DNA from: an uncultured Oscillospiraceae bacterium | GTDB lineage: Bacteria > Bacillota > Clostridia > Oscillospirales > Acutalibacteraceae | Direction of reading: 5' to 3' | DNA: 64,000 nucleotides | Assembly (NCBI GenBank): GCA_910588935.1 | Contig: CAJUSM010000005.1 | Coordinates: forward strand, 2,118-66,117 | Part shown: positions 30,865-39,504 of the stretch, piece after piece | Layout: each line of letters begins with the position of its first letter | Numbering within the stretch: position 1 is the first letter of the stretch | The notes under the pieces: generated by a model | Database searches by the model: none | What the model was told of the DNA's origin: nothing | Seen by the model: the letters and a program-made list of their open reading frames with translations, nothing else | Made by a program: the position numbers and the translations under genes

Positions 30865-32082
30865 ATGGAATTTATAGAAGGCGGTGTAACCGCCGCGGAG
30901 GGATTTCTAGCCAGCGGCCTCCATTGCGGCATCCGCAAAAACAAAACCAAGCCTGACCTAGCTCTTATCTACAGCGACCGGCCCTGTGCGGCTGCCGCCG
31001 TTTATACCCAGAACCTGGTACAGGGCGCGCCTATCGCCGTAACAAAAAAACATATTGCCAACGGCAGGGCCCAGGCTGTAATCTGCAATTCCGGCATTGC
31101 CAATACCTGCGCCCCAGACGGCATGGAAAAGGCAGAGGCTATGTGCAAAATTGCCGGCCAGGCCCTGCGCTTGGACCCAGAGGACGTGGCTGTGGCCTCT
31201 ACCGGGGTGATCGGCCCTTCTCTGCCCATTGAGCCCATTGAAAATGCTATGGATGAGCTGAAAGCCGCCTTAAGCCCCAGCGGATCCCGCGGCGCTGCCC
31301 ATGCTATTATGACCACCGATACCTTCCCAAAAGAGGCGGCTGTGGGCTGCTGTATTGGGGGCAAAACCGTAAAGGTAGGGGGCATCTCCAAGGGCAGCGG
31401 CATGATCCACCCCAACATGGCTACCATGCTCTGCTTTGTTACCACCGACTGCCAAATCTCTCCCCCAATGCTGCAAAAGGCGGTAAAGGCCGCGGCAGAC
31501 GCCACCTTTAATATGATCAGCGTGGATGGCGACACCAGCACAAACGACACCTTTTTGGTGCTGGCCAACGGCGCTGCCGGTAACCAGGAAATTACCGACG
31601 AAGGAGAAGACTTTGCCGATTTTGTAGCCGCCCTGGAGGCCGTAGGCCGAAAGTTGGCCAAAATGATGGCCCGGGACGGGGAGGGCGCTACCCGGCTGCT
31701 CACCGTGCGGGTAGAGGGCGCTCCCCACCTGCAGGCCGCCCGCGCCATAGCTAGGAGCGTAAGCAGCTCCAGCTTGTTTAAGGCGGCTATGTTTGGCAGC
31801 GACGCCAACGCTGGCGGCCGGGCTATGTGTGCCATTGGTTACGCGGGGGCTTCGGTGGATGTGAATAAAATTGACGTTAGTTTTCAGTCTCAAAAGGGCC
31901 GGGTGCAGGTGGTAAAAGACGGCATGGGGATTGAGTTTTCTGAGGAGCTGGCTTTGCAGGTGCTGGGCGAGGAGGAGATCCTCACGGTGATAAACCTAAA
32001 AGACGGCTGCACAGTTGCCGAGGCCTATGGCTGCGACTTGACCTACGACTATGTAAAGATCAATGCGGATTACCGCACCTGA
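30865..32082 (+). CDS. argJ: ornithine acetyltransferase / N-acetylglutamate synthase ArgJ
   Basis: 405 aa; autoprocessing site PNMATMLCFVTTD. Confidence 0.95.
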   Translation: MEFIEGGVTAAEGFLASGLHCGIRKNKTKPDLALIYSDRPCAAAAVYTQNLVQGAPIAVTKKHIANGRAQAVICNSGIANTCAPDGMEKAEAMCKIAGQALRLDPEDVAVASTGVIGPSLPIEPIENAMDELKAALSPSGSRGAAHAIMTTDTFPKEAAVGCCIGGKTVKVGGISKGSGMIHPNMATMLCFVTTDCQISPPMLQKAVKAAADATFNMISVDGDTSTNDTFLVLANGAAGNQEITDEGEDFADFVAALEAVGRKLAKMMARDGEGATRLLTVRVEGAPHLQAARAIARSVSSSSLFKAAMFGSDANAGGRAMCAIGYAGASVDVNKIDVSFQSQKGRVQVVKDGMGIEFSEELALQVLGEEEILTVINLKDGCTVAEAYGCDLTYDYVKINADYRT

Positions 32083-32092
32083 GGATGACTCT

Positions 32093-32422
32093 ATGAAAAG
32101 GAAGAAGCTGGGCATTGCCAGCCCCTGGGACATTCCGGCGGCGGTGGGGGCAGTGCTGCTGTTTGGCAATTTTGCCGTATTTGTGGCGTTGCTTATTACA
32201 GCTATGGGCAGGGTTTTTCTGGAGCCTGTGGTGGCAATTGTCACTGCCGCTCTGCTTCTGGCGGGGATTTTGTGCCACCTGGCCACCCGGCGAAAAACGG
32301 GAAAGCTGTGGCGCAGGCTGCTGCTGGCAGCGATTGCAGCCAATCTTTTGATTGTGGCCTTTTATGTTCTGGCTACAATCCTTATGGTGTTAGCCTGGGC
32401 AGATGTTGGAAAAGAAGGGTGA
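32093..32422 (+). CDS. small integral membrane protein
   Basis: ~109 aa with three hydrophobic helices, lying between argJ and argB. Confidence 0.5.
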   Translation: MKRKKLGIASPWDIPAAVGAVLLFGNFAVFVALLITAMGRVFLEPVVAIVTAALLLAGILCHLATRRKTGKLWRRLLLAAIAANLLIVAFYVLATILMVLAWADVGKEG

Positions 32423-32427
32423 ATCAA

Positions 32428-33279
32428 ATGCAGGTATCGAACAGCGAGCGGGCCAATATTCTGGTGCAGGCCCTGCCATATATTAAAAAGTACGCCGGAG
32501 CCACTGTGGTAGTAAAATACGGAGGCAACGCCATGCTGGATGACCAGCTGAAAAGCGCTGTTATGAGCGATATTGTGCTGATGCAGCTGGTGGGCATTAA
32601 TGTGGTGCTTGTTCATGGGGGCGGGCCGGAGATTAACGCCATGCTGGACAAAATTGGGAAAGAGAGCAAGTTTATTGGCGGCATGCGCTATACCGACCGG
32701 GAGACCATAGACATAGTGCAGCAGGTGCTGGCGGGCAAGGTAAATAAAGACTTGGTCCAGCTGCTGGAAGACGCGGGGGGCAAAGCCATTGGCCTGTGCG
32801 GCCTGGATGGATCTTTGCTAAAAGCCGACCAGCTGGAGGAAGAGCTGGGCTATGTAGGGGAGATCCGAGAGGTTAACGCGGAGATCCTCCGCAGCGCGGC
32901 AAAGGATGGATATATTCCCATAGTGTCCACCGTGGCCGCCGGGTACCACGGCGAGGTGTACAACATCAACGCGGATGTGGCGGCGGCAAGGATTGCGGCA
33001 GAGTTAGGGGCAATGAAGCTGATCCTTATGACGGACGTGCGGGGCCTGCTGCGGAACCGAGAGGATGAGAGTACTATAATTCCCGTTGTAAATGTAAGCG
33101 ATGTGCGCCGGCTGAAAAAAGAGGGGGTCATCAGCGGCGGGATGATCCCGAAGATTGACTGCTGTGTAGACGCGGTGCGCCGGGGGGTAGGCCGGGCCCA
33201 CATTATTGACGGGCGGATTGCCCATTCGATTTTGGTGGAGTTGTTTACAGATGAGGGCATAGGCACAATGTTTTATTAA
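32428..33279 (+). CDS. argB: acetylglutamate kinase
   Basis: ORF trimmed to ATG 32428 (MQVSNSERANILVQALPYIKKYAGATVVVKYGGNAM). Confidence 0.95.
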   Translation: MQVSNSERANILVQALPYIKKYAGATVVVKYGGNAMLDDQLKSAVMSDIVLMQLVGINVVLVHGGGPEINAMLDKIGKESKFIGGMRYTDRETIDIVQQVLAGKVNKDLVQLLEDAGGKAIGLCGLDGSLLKADQLEEELGYVGEIREVNAEILRSAAKDGYIPIVSTVAAGYHGEVYNINADVAAARIAAELGAMKLILMTDVRGLLRNREDESTIIPVVNVSDVRRLKKEGVISGGMIPKIDCCVDAVRRGVGRAHIIDGRIAHSILVELFTDEGIGTMFY

Positions 33280-33413
33280 ACATGAGGGTCCGGAGAAAAA
33301 GCCTGTTCCCCAAAATGCCGAAAGCTGTCTTTAGCCCCTAAGGCTCTCAGTTTCCGGCATCTTGCTTTTTCCATTGTTCTTCTTAATTTTTCCCTAAAAA
33401 GGAGTGTCCCACC

Positions 33414-34580
33414 ATGACCTTCCAGGAAATCAAGGACCAGGATCAAAAATATATTATGCACACATATGGCCGGGTGGATGTGGCCCTGGTAAAGGGCAGC
33501 AATGCCCGGGCCTGGGATGAAACCGGCAAGGAATATATCGACTTTACCTCTGGCATCGGTGTGAACTGCCTGGGTTACAGCGATCCCCAATGGGCGGCGG
33601 CTGTGGCCAAGCAGGCCGGGGAAATCCAGCATATGTGTAATTACTACCATTCCCCCCAGAACATTGGGCTGGCAAAGGAGCTTTGCGGGGCGGCAGGCAT
33701 GGCCCAAGGCTTTTTCTGCAATTCTGGGGCAGAGGCCAACGAGTGCGCGATAAAAATTGCCAGGAAATATGGAGAAAAGCGCGGCGCATTTAAAATTATT
33801 ACGCTTCATAATTCTTTCCACGGCCGTACCCTTACCACTCTGGCCGCCACTGGCCAAGAGGCTTTTCATAGGGATTTCCTGCCTCTCACCCAAGGGTTTT
33901 TGTATGCCGAGCCAGGGGATCTGGAGGGCATTGCCAGCCTGATGGACGGCAGTGTGTGTGCCGTGCTGCTGGAGACAGTGCAGGGCGAGGGCGGCGTGGT
34001 GCTTATGGATGAGGCGTTTGTCCAGGGGCTGCGCCAGCTCTGCACCGAGAGGGATGTGCTGCTAATGCTGGACGAGGTACAGACCGGGGTTGGCAGAACC
34101 GGGCATTTCTTCAGCTATCAGGGCATGGGCGTCCAGCCGGACGTGGTGACAGCGGCCAAGGGCTTGGCCGGGGGGCTGCCCATTGGCGCTTGTCTGGTGT
34201 CAGAAAAGCTCCGGAATATCCTAAAGCCCGGCCAACAGGGTTCTACCTTTGGGGGCAACCCGGTGGCCTGCGCTGGTGCTAGAGAGGTGGTCCGCCGGGT
34301 AAACGATCCCAACTTCCTTCGGGAAGTGGGGGAAAAAGGGGCATACCTCCAAAAAAAGCTGGAGACCCTGCCCCAGGTGGACTTGGTTCGGGGCCGCGGG
34401 CTGATGCTAGGCATACAGCTAAAGAGCTTGGATGCCCATGAGGTGCTGATAAAATGCACCGAGCAGGGGCTTCTGGTGCTTACCGCAAAGGAGCTGATCC
34501 GTTTCCTGCCGCCCCTGACTATTACCCAGGAGGAGATGGATCAGGGCCTGGAAATATTCGCCCGGGTGCTGGGCGAATAA
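33414..34580 (+). CDS. argD: acetylornithine aminotransferase
   Basis: 388 aa class III PLP aminotransferase (DEVQTGVGRTG, TFGGNP). Confidence 0.93.
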   Translation: MTFQEIKDQDQKYIMHTYGRVDVALVKGSNARAWDETGKEYIDFTSGIGVNCLGYSDPQWAAAVAKQAGEIQHMCNYYHSPQNIGLAKELCGAAGMAQGFFCNSGAEANECAIKIARKYGEKRGAFKIITLHNSFHGRTLTTLAATGQEAFHRDFLPLTQGFLYAEPGDLEGIASLMDGSVCAVLLETVQGEGGVVLMDEAFVQGLRQLCTERDVLLMLDEVQTGVGRTGHFFSYQGMGVQPDVVTAAKGLAGGLPIGACLVSEKLRNILKPGQQGSTFGGNPVACAGAREVVRRVNDPNFLREVGEKGAYLQKKLETLPQVDLVRGRGLMLGIQLKSLDAHEVLIKCTEQGLLVLTAKELIRFLPPLTITQEEMDQGLEIFARVLGE

Positions 34581-34613
34581 AAGCCGGGCAAACACAATAC
34601 GAGGAGGAACCAT

Positions 34614-35414
34614 ATGGCGTACCACTGGATCAACCCCAAGGATTTTTCATTTAACTGTCTCCTGCTTATGGACCGGTACCTAATCGAGCAGATTTGCGCT
34701 CCAGGCGGTGAGGACTATGGCAAAAACTTGGCCATCGCGCTGGCTTATAACCCTGCCGTGGCCTGGTATTGCCAGGAGAAAGCCCCTGGAACCGCTGGGG
34801 AGGTGGAACGGCTCGTCGCCGCCTCGCCGGCTGGCTGCACGCCGGAGCAGGTGCGCGGTTCCGAGTGCTTTGTCCTGGACCGGCATGACTGGGCGGTGGT
34901 CTATGTGTATCCTGAACTCATGGAGCGGCGCTGCCCGTACATTTATAACTGGGACCCGGCACGGCTTTTCGAGTTGGCAGATTTTACAGGCAAACTGGTG
35001 CTGGACGTGGGCGCGGGAACCGGCAGGCTGGCCTTTGCCGCGGCCCAAAAGGCCAGGCATGTGTACGCCAGCGAGCCGGTAGACCGCCTGCGGGAGTATA
35101 TGCGGGAAAAGTCTGCCCAAACAGGGGCCGGGAACATTACGGTGCTGGACGGTGTTTGCGAATGCCTGCCTTATGAGGACAGCACCTTTGACATTGTTAT
35201 GGCGGGCCATGTGATTGGGGATGATTACAGCCGGGAACTGGCTGAGCTGGAGCGGGTGGCAAAGCCTGGGGGCTGGGTTCTAAATTGCCCCGGGGAGGAT
35301 GACCGGCAGTGCAGCCCGGACCAGGAGCAGATCCGCCGGGGCTACGAATGCCTGCCTTATGAGGGCAAGGCAGGGGTAACGGTTTACCGGTACCGGAAGC
35401 AGGTACGGAAATAG
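34614..35414 (+). CDS. class I SAM-dependent methyltransferase
   Basis: Motif I VLDVGAGTGRLAFAAA; 266 aa. Confidence 0.8.
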   Translation: MAYHWINPKDFSFNCLLLMDRYLIEQICAPGGEDYGKNLAIALAYNPAVAWYCQEKAPGTAGEVERLVAASPAGCTPEQVRGSECFVLDRHDWAVVYVYPELMERRCPYIYNWDPARLFELADFTGKLVLDVGAGTGRLAFAAAQKARHVYASEPVDRLREYMREKSAQTGAGNITVLDGVCECLPYEDSTFDIVMAGHVIGDDYSRELAELERVAKPGGWVLNCPGEDDRQCSPDQEQIRRGYECLPYEGKAGVTVYRYRKQVRK

Positions 35415-35447
35415 GACCGGCAAAAAAGTAAAAGAGAGGTTAACAAA

Positions 35448-36350
35448 ATGAAGCATTTACTCAAGCTGCTGGATATGACAGGCGAGGAGATCATTGAGGT
35501 GCTGAACCTGGCCGATCAGCTGAAATATGAGACCAAGCACGGCATTGAGCACCACCACCTGAAGGGGAAATGCCTGGGCATGATTTTTGCCAAGTCTTCC
35601 ACCCGTACCCGGGTGTCCTTTGAGGTGGGCATCAATCAGCTGGGGGGCTATGCGGTGGTGCTGAACTCCCAGGGCTCCCAGATCGGCCGGGGAGAGCCGG
35701 TACAGGACACGGCCCGGGTGCTCTCCCGGTATGTGGACGGCATCATGATCCGAACCTTTGAGCAGGCAGAGGTAGAAGCTTTGGCCGCGCACGGCAGCGT
35801 GCCGGTGATCAACGGCCTTACCGATTTCTGCCATCCCTGCCAAGTGCTGGCAGACCTAATGACGGTGCGGGAGTTTAAGGGGGCGCTGGAGGGGCTGAAA
35901 CTGTGCTTTATTGGCGATGGCAACAATATGATGAATTCCCTGATTGTAGGGGGCTTGAAGGTGGGCATGAGCGTGTCGGTCGCCTGTCCGGAGGGATACC
36001 GGCCACCCCAGGAGATTCTGGATTTTGCCAAAGATTACGACTGTTTCCAGCTGACAGACTCCCCCATGGAGGCGGCAAAGGACGCGGACGTGGTGATTAC
36101 TGATGTGTGGACCTCTATGGGCCAGGAGGAGGAGAGAGCCAAGCGGGAGGCGGCCTTTACGGGCTACTGCGTGGACAGCGCCCTAATGGCCCAGGCCAAG
36201 CCGGACGCCATGGTGCAGCACTGCCTGCCCGCCCACCGGGGAGAAGAGATCAGCGAGGAAGTCTTTGAGGCCAACGCTCATTATATTTTCGAGGAGGCGG
36301 AGAACCGGCTCCACGCTCAAAAGGCTGTTATGGTAAAAGTTATGGGTTAA
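35448..36350 (+). CDS. argF: ornithine carbamoyltransferase
   Basis: STRTRVSFE, HPCQVLADL, HCLPAHRGEE. Confidence 0.95.
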   Translation: MKHLLKLLDMTGEEIIEVLNLADQLKYETKHGIEHHHLKGKCLGMIFAKSSTRTRVSFEVGINQLGGYAVVLNSQGSQIGRGEPVQDTARVLSRYVDGIMIRTFEQAEVEALAAHGSVPVINGLTDFCHPCQVLADLMTVREFKGALEGLKLCFIGDGNNMMNSLIVGGLKVGMSVSVACPEGYRPPQEILDFAKDYDCFQLTDSPMEAAKDADVVITDVWTSMGQEEERAKREAAFTGYCVDSALMAQAKPDAMVQHCLPAHRGEEISEEVFEANAHYIFEEAENRLHAQKAVMVKVMG

Positions 36351-36433
36351 AAAAAGATGCCGCCAGCAAACCAGCAAGGCTTCTGGTTCCTCTTGGAACC
36401 GGAAACAGGCCGGATTGCTTCCGGCATTTTTTG
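36351..36433. terminator. compound bidirectional terminator between argF and AI-2E transporter gene
   Basis: AAAAAGATGCCG ... CGGCATTTTTT outer pairing with inner hairpins (GGTTCC TCTT GGAACC; GCCGG ATTGCTT CCGGC). Confidence 0.55.
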
Positions 36434-36448
36434 CTGAGCTTTTACGCT

Positions 36449-37540
36449 TTATTCGGATGCTTCTGAATCTGTGCTGCTTTTTTTAATCTCTGGCAGCGCC
36501 CCCGTTTCCCGCAGCGCTCCGTACCCCATACACAGCCCTGCCACGTAGAGCAGCACCCAAAAGCTCCCGGCTACCAGGGAGAAGTACACCCCCGCCATCA
36601 TGGCCAGGGGGTGTATTCGTACTGTGGAGGCTACCAGCCGGGGCTCAATTACCTGGCGCACACAGGTAATCACCAGCCACCCCACTAGCAAACCTCCGCT
36701 CCTGGCGTATTCCCCAATCAGTACCTGGTATATGGCTATGGGCGTAAACACAATCCCTGGGCCAAGCACTGGCAGCAGGTCTGCCCCGCAGGTGATGGCC
36801 GCGGTCATTAGGGGGTATGGCAGGCCCAGCAGGTAGAGAATCACAAAAGCCTCGCAAAAGGTGATGCCATAAATCAGCAGGTAAGAAAGCACATAACGCC
36901 CTCCTGCCCCCGAAGAGCTTTTCGCCGCGGCCTTTACATGGGCCATGGCTTTTGAGCTCAGCAGGCTCTTTGCCCAGTCGGCCAGCGCTGAAAAATTTAG
37001 AGAAAAGTAAAAAGCCGCCATGCCTGTAACCAGAAGCATGGTAACGATGGCCGGCAAAGAGGTAAGCAGCCCCAGCACGCCTTGCAGAATAGGCACAACC
37101 AGGCCTGCAGCTTTCCCAGCCAAGCCGGCCAGATCCAGCTCTTCCAGGTTTAGGGCCTGAAGGCTTAGGCCTTGGCAAAAATCTATGATCTTACTCAGAA
37201 AGGCCCGCACCGGTGGGGAGAAATCGGGAAAGCCGCCTTGGGCGGTTCGGGCCAAAAAGGCGCTGATCTCCTTCACCCCATAAATTCCCAGCAGGCCCAG
37301 CCCAGCCAGCAGCAGGGCCAGAGCTATCCCGGTGGCGAGCCCGGCGGCCAGGCCCCGGTTCATACCCAGCCGCCGCTGGGCAAAGCGGATTGCCGGCTGA
37401 ACCGCGGCGGCGGCCAGCAGCCCCAGCAGAAAGGGCAGGGAATAGAGAAAGGTGCTTTTCCACAGCAGGAAAAGGGCGGTGTATATCCCAAAATATATGG
37501 CCAAAGGGGCTAAGCGTTTTAGCTCGTCTGTTTGTAGCAT
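36449..37540 (-). CDS. AI-2E family transporter (YtvI/PerM-like)
   Basis: ORF 36449..37762 trimmed to ATG 37540 (MLQTDELKRL) after GGAAGGGA. Polytopic with the typical AI-2E layout. Confidence 0.82.
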   Translation of the reverse strand: MLQTDELKRLAPLAIYFGIYTALFLLWKSTFLYSLPFLLGLLAAAAVQPAIRFAQRRLGMNRGLAAGLATGIALALLLAGLGLLGIYGVKEISAFLARTAQGGFPDFSPPVRAFLSKIIDFCQGLSLQALNLEELDLAGLAGKAAGLVVPILQGVLGLLTSLPAIVTMLLVTGMAAFYFSLNFSALADWAKSLLSSKAMAHVKAAAKSSSGAGGRYVLSYLLIYGITFCEAFVILYLLGLPYPLMTAAITCGADLLPVLGPGIVFTPIAIYQVLIGEYARSGGLLVGWLVITCVRQVIEPRLVASTVRIHPLAMMAGVYFSLVAGSFWVLLYVAGLCMGYGALRETGALPEIKKSSTDSEASE

Positions 37541-37626
37541 TGCGGCAAATTTCCCTTCCAAAGCTTCGATATGGTTAATATGGAGGGATAAAGGGATTTT
37601 ATGCAAAAAAATGCCCCACTCTGCGA

Positions 37627-37673
37627 AAAGAGAAAACCTTGGGGGGCTTTCCATATAGGAGAGCCCCCCAAGG
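37627..37673 (-). terminator. intrinsic terminator after XRE gene
   Basis: 12-bp stem CCTTGGGGGGCT / AGCCCCCCAAGG (37637-37648 / 37662-37673). On the minus strand it is followed by TTTTCTCTTTT. Confidence 0.7.
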
Positions 37674-37778
37674 AATAGCTGCGGCATATGCCAGCCTGCT
37701 TTTAGCCAAAAAAGGGGAAAAGCGCAAAATAACCCCCAAAAAACGCCCCATGGGCATAGCAACTCTTTACCAAGCCAT

Positions 37779-38042
37779 TTATCTGTCTCGCCCGGTTAAC
37801 AGCCACATGACGGATACGTTTAGTATGTCCGATAAGGCCAGCAATTCCATATCTGTCACATACCGAATCTGCCCTTCCAGCTTAGAAAGGCCGGAGGCGT
37901 TTAGATCGACACCCCGCACTTGGAGCTGAGCCAACAGCTCCTTTTGCTTCATACCCAGACCTTTTCGGGAGGCTTCCACTCTGGCGCCGATTAGGTTTTT
38001 GGTACCCAGGGGCTGCCCTCTCAGCCTCATAGCAATCACCAT
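37779..38042 (-). CDS. XRE family helix-turn-helix transcriptional regulator
   Basis: HTH MKQKELLAQLQVRGVDLNASGLSKLEG. The start is either ATG 38042 or ATG 38030. Confidence 0.8.
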   Translation of the reverse strand: MVIAMRLRGQPLGTKNLIGARVEASRKGLGMKQKELLAQLQVRGVDLNASGLSKLEGQIRYVTDMELLALSDILNVSVMWLLTGRDR

Positions 38043-38089
38043 CCATAGAATAATTCTTATAACTCTAATATAATCCCCTATAATATAGT

Positions 38090-38118
38090 ATTATAGTGCA
38101 GAGTTGATTGAAAATCAA
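38090..38118 (-). promoter_or_regulatory. sigma-70-type promoter of XRE gene overlapped by palindromes
   Basis: Minus strand reads TTGATT (38118-38113), 17-nt spacer, TATAAT (38095-38090). The palindrome GTTGATT-GAA-AATCAAC at 38103-38119 overlaps the -35. Confidence 0.65.
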
Positions 38119-38255
38119 CCCTTTTTTGTAAAAAATACAGAGTTTCTGCGGAAGAGTTGGGAGCGAAGCGGGGATGGGAGGTTAGGAAGAGGGAGAATTT
38201 TGGAGAGGGTTCGAAACCAGGTGTTTATGGGGAAAGTGTGAGGCGCCGGTTAGCT

Positions 38256-38283
38256 TTCGGGATGGTCGGGGCTACATCCCGAA
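38256..38283. repeat. hairpin module related to the 11535-11611 terminator
   Basis: TTCGGGATG GTCGGGGCTA CATCCCGAA. The reverse complement shares TTCGGGATGTAG(C/T)CCCGAC with 11541-11559. Confidence 0.6.
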
Positions 38284-38286
38284 TTT

Positions 38287-38823
38287 TCAGGATTTTTTCT
38301 TCTGAAACTGGGGCGGCAATTCCCGCTGGAACTTTCCTTTCCGGTTTAGTATTTGATGGGTAAACTTCAAAAGCTCCTCGTCCACAGGGAGGCTGTTAAT
38401 CTCATAGTCATCGTGAACCAGGACAAAATGCTCCATGGACTTATCGTAGAAGAGAACAACAAAGGACATGTCGTCAGTGAGAGTGCTGCCGCCGAATAAC
38501 ACAATTCTGCCGCAATCCTGATCCAGATGAGTGAAATCCTTCTCGAAGCAGTCGGGTTCCGTCCAGGTGCATCCATACCGCTCCTTCCCGGACTCATGGA
38601 GGAGCTCCATGTCCAGCGTCACCCGGCCGAAAAGCCGGTCGATCCGCCGGAGGCGGAGGGTGATAGAGACAGCTTCCTCCGAACCGTCATGGTAAAAGGT
38701 CCCCTGCAGAGTCTGTTCTTTGTAGGAGAAGGCAAAGTGCAGGGCCAGGAGGAGCAGGAGGATGGCGCAGCACCAGAGGACGTACTGAAAGAAAGATTTC
38801 AGGGTTAGCTTTGCTTTCATCAT
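38287..38823 (-). CDS. hypothetical membrane-anchored protein
   Basis: 178 aa with one N-terminal TM helix (YVLWCCAILLLLLALHFAF). No family recognised. Visibly lower GC than neighbours. Confidence 0.55.
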   Translation of the reverse strand: MMKAKLTLKSFFQYVLWCCAILLLLLALHFAFSYKEQTLQGTFYHDGSEEAVSITLRLRRIDRLFGRVTLDMELLHESGKERYGCTWTEPDCFEKDFTHLDQDCGRIVLFGGSTLTDDMSFVVLFYDKSMEHFVLVHDDYEINSLPVDEELLKFTHQILNRKGKFQRELPPQFQKKKS

Positions 38824-38826
38824 ACC

Positions 38827-39060
38827 TCAGAAGTTTTCAGGGCGAGTAACTTTATGTCTGCCATAATTATAGGAGGAACTGGTTGTGGAGGCGCTTTCGG
38901 ATATCAGGATTCTCTGAAGCGCGTCATGGTAATCCTGCATAACCGTCTCGACACTGTACGGACCTGGTTCCTCGCTGGCAAATACCAGATTTCCACATGT
39001 TGTGAACATAATTGCCAAAGTCAAAACAAGGGCCACGATCCTTTTTACCTTTCTGTTCAT
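38827..39060 (-). CDS. hypothetical small secreted protein
   Basis: ATG 39060 lies 9 nt after GGAGG. MNRKVKR plus a hydrophobic core plus VFA-SEEP (signal peptidase I-like). 77 aa. Confidence 0.5.
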   Translation of the reverse strand: MNRKVKRIVALVLTLAIMFTTCGNLVFASEEPGPYSVETVMQDYHDALQRILISESASTTSSSYNYGRHKVTRPENF

Positions 39061-39450
39061 ACCAATAAACCTCCATATAGTAGTTGCAGTCAAATTAGTT
39101 CATATGTATATTGTTGATTTACTGCGACTGCATACAGTAAAATAATTGTACTGTGTTTCTGTATCTATCACCTCTTCACTTATTTTGTATCAATATATTA
39201 TCACAAAAAAATACAATGTCAACATGAATTGCTTGATTTTTTTAAAATATAGCTTAAATTAGATTTTGTTAAAGATAATTCCTTTTTATAAAATGTGGGG
39301 AAGCGCCTGGAGGGTAGAAAATTTTATTGCATTCCTCCGGTTTCTTTGCGTTACGCTTTTTTCTTAGAAATAGCATTTGTTCTAGTTTTGCTTTTAAATG
39401 CAGCTGCACTGGGAGAGCCTAAAAATTCACTGTACTTTTTGCCCCTTTGC

Positions 39451-39459
39451 TGGTATAAT
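39451..39459 (+). promoter_or_regulatory. extended -10 promoter element upstream of pncB
   Basis: TGGTATAAT (TGnTATAAT) 46 nt before ATG 39505. Confidence 0.5.
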
Positions 39460-39504
39460 AAAGGCCGGATATTGAAAGAGTTAAGGAAAGGATGCACTTT
39501 TACT

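Noticed and set aside
38207-38218. GGGTTCGAAACC resembling a tRNA T-loop
   Set aside because: The flanks do not form a T-stem or an acceptor stem. It lies inside the purine-rich tract.
39120-39160. ACAGTA-N9-TACTGT inverted repeat as a NiaR/NadR-type operator for pncB
   Set aside because: It lies ~300 bp upstream of the pncB extended -10 promoter, I cannot recall a matching published motif, and it may instead belong to the divergent small-protein operon.
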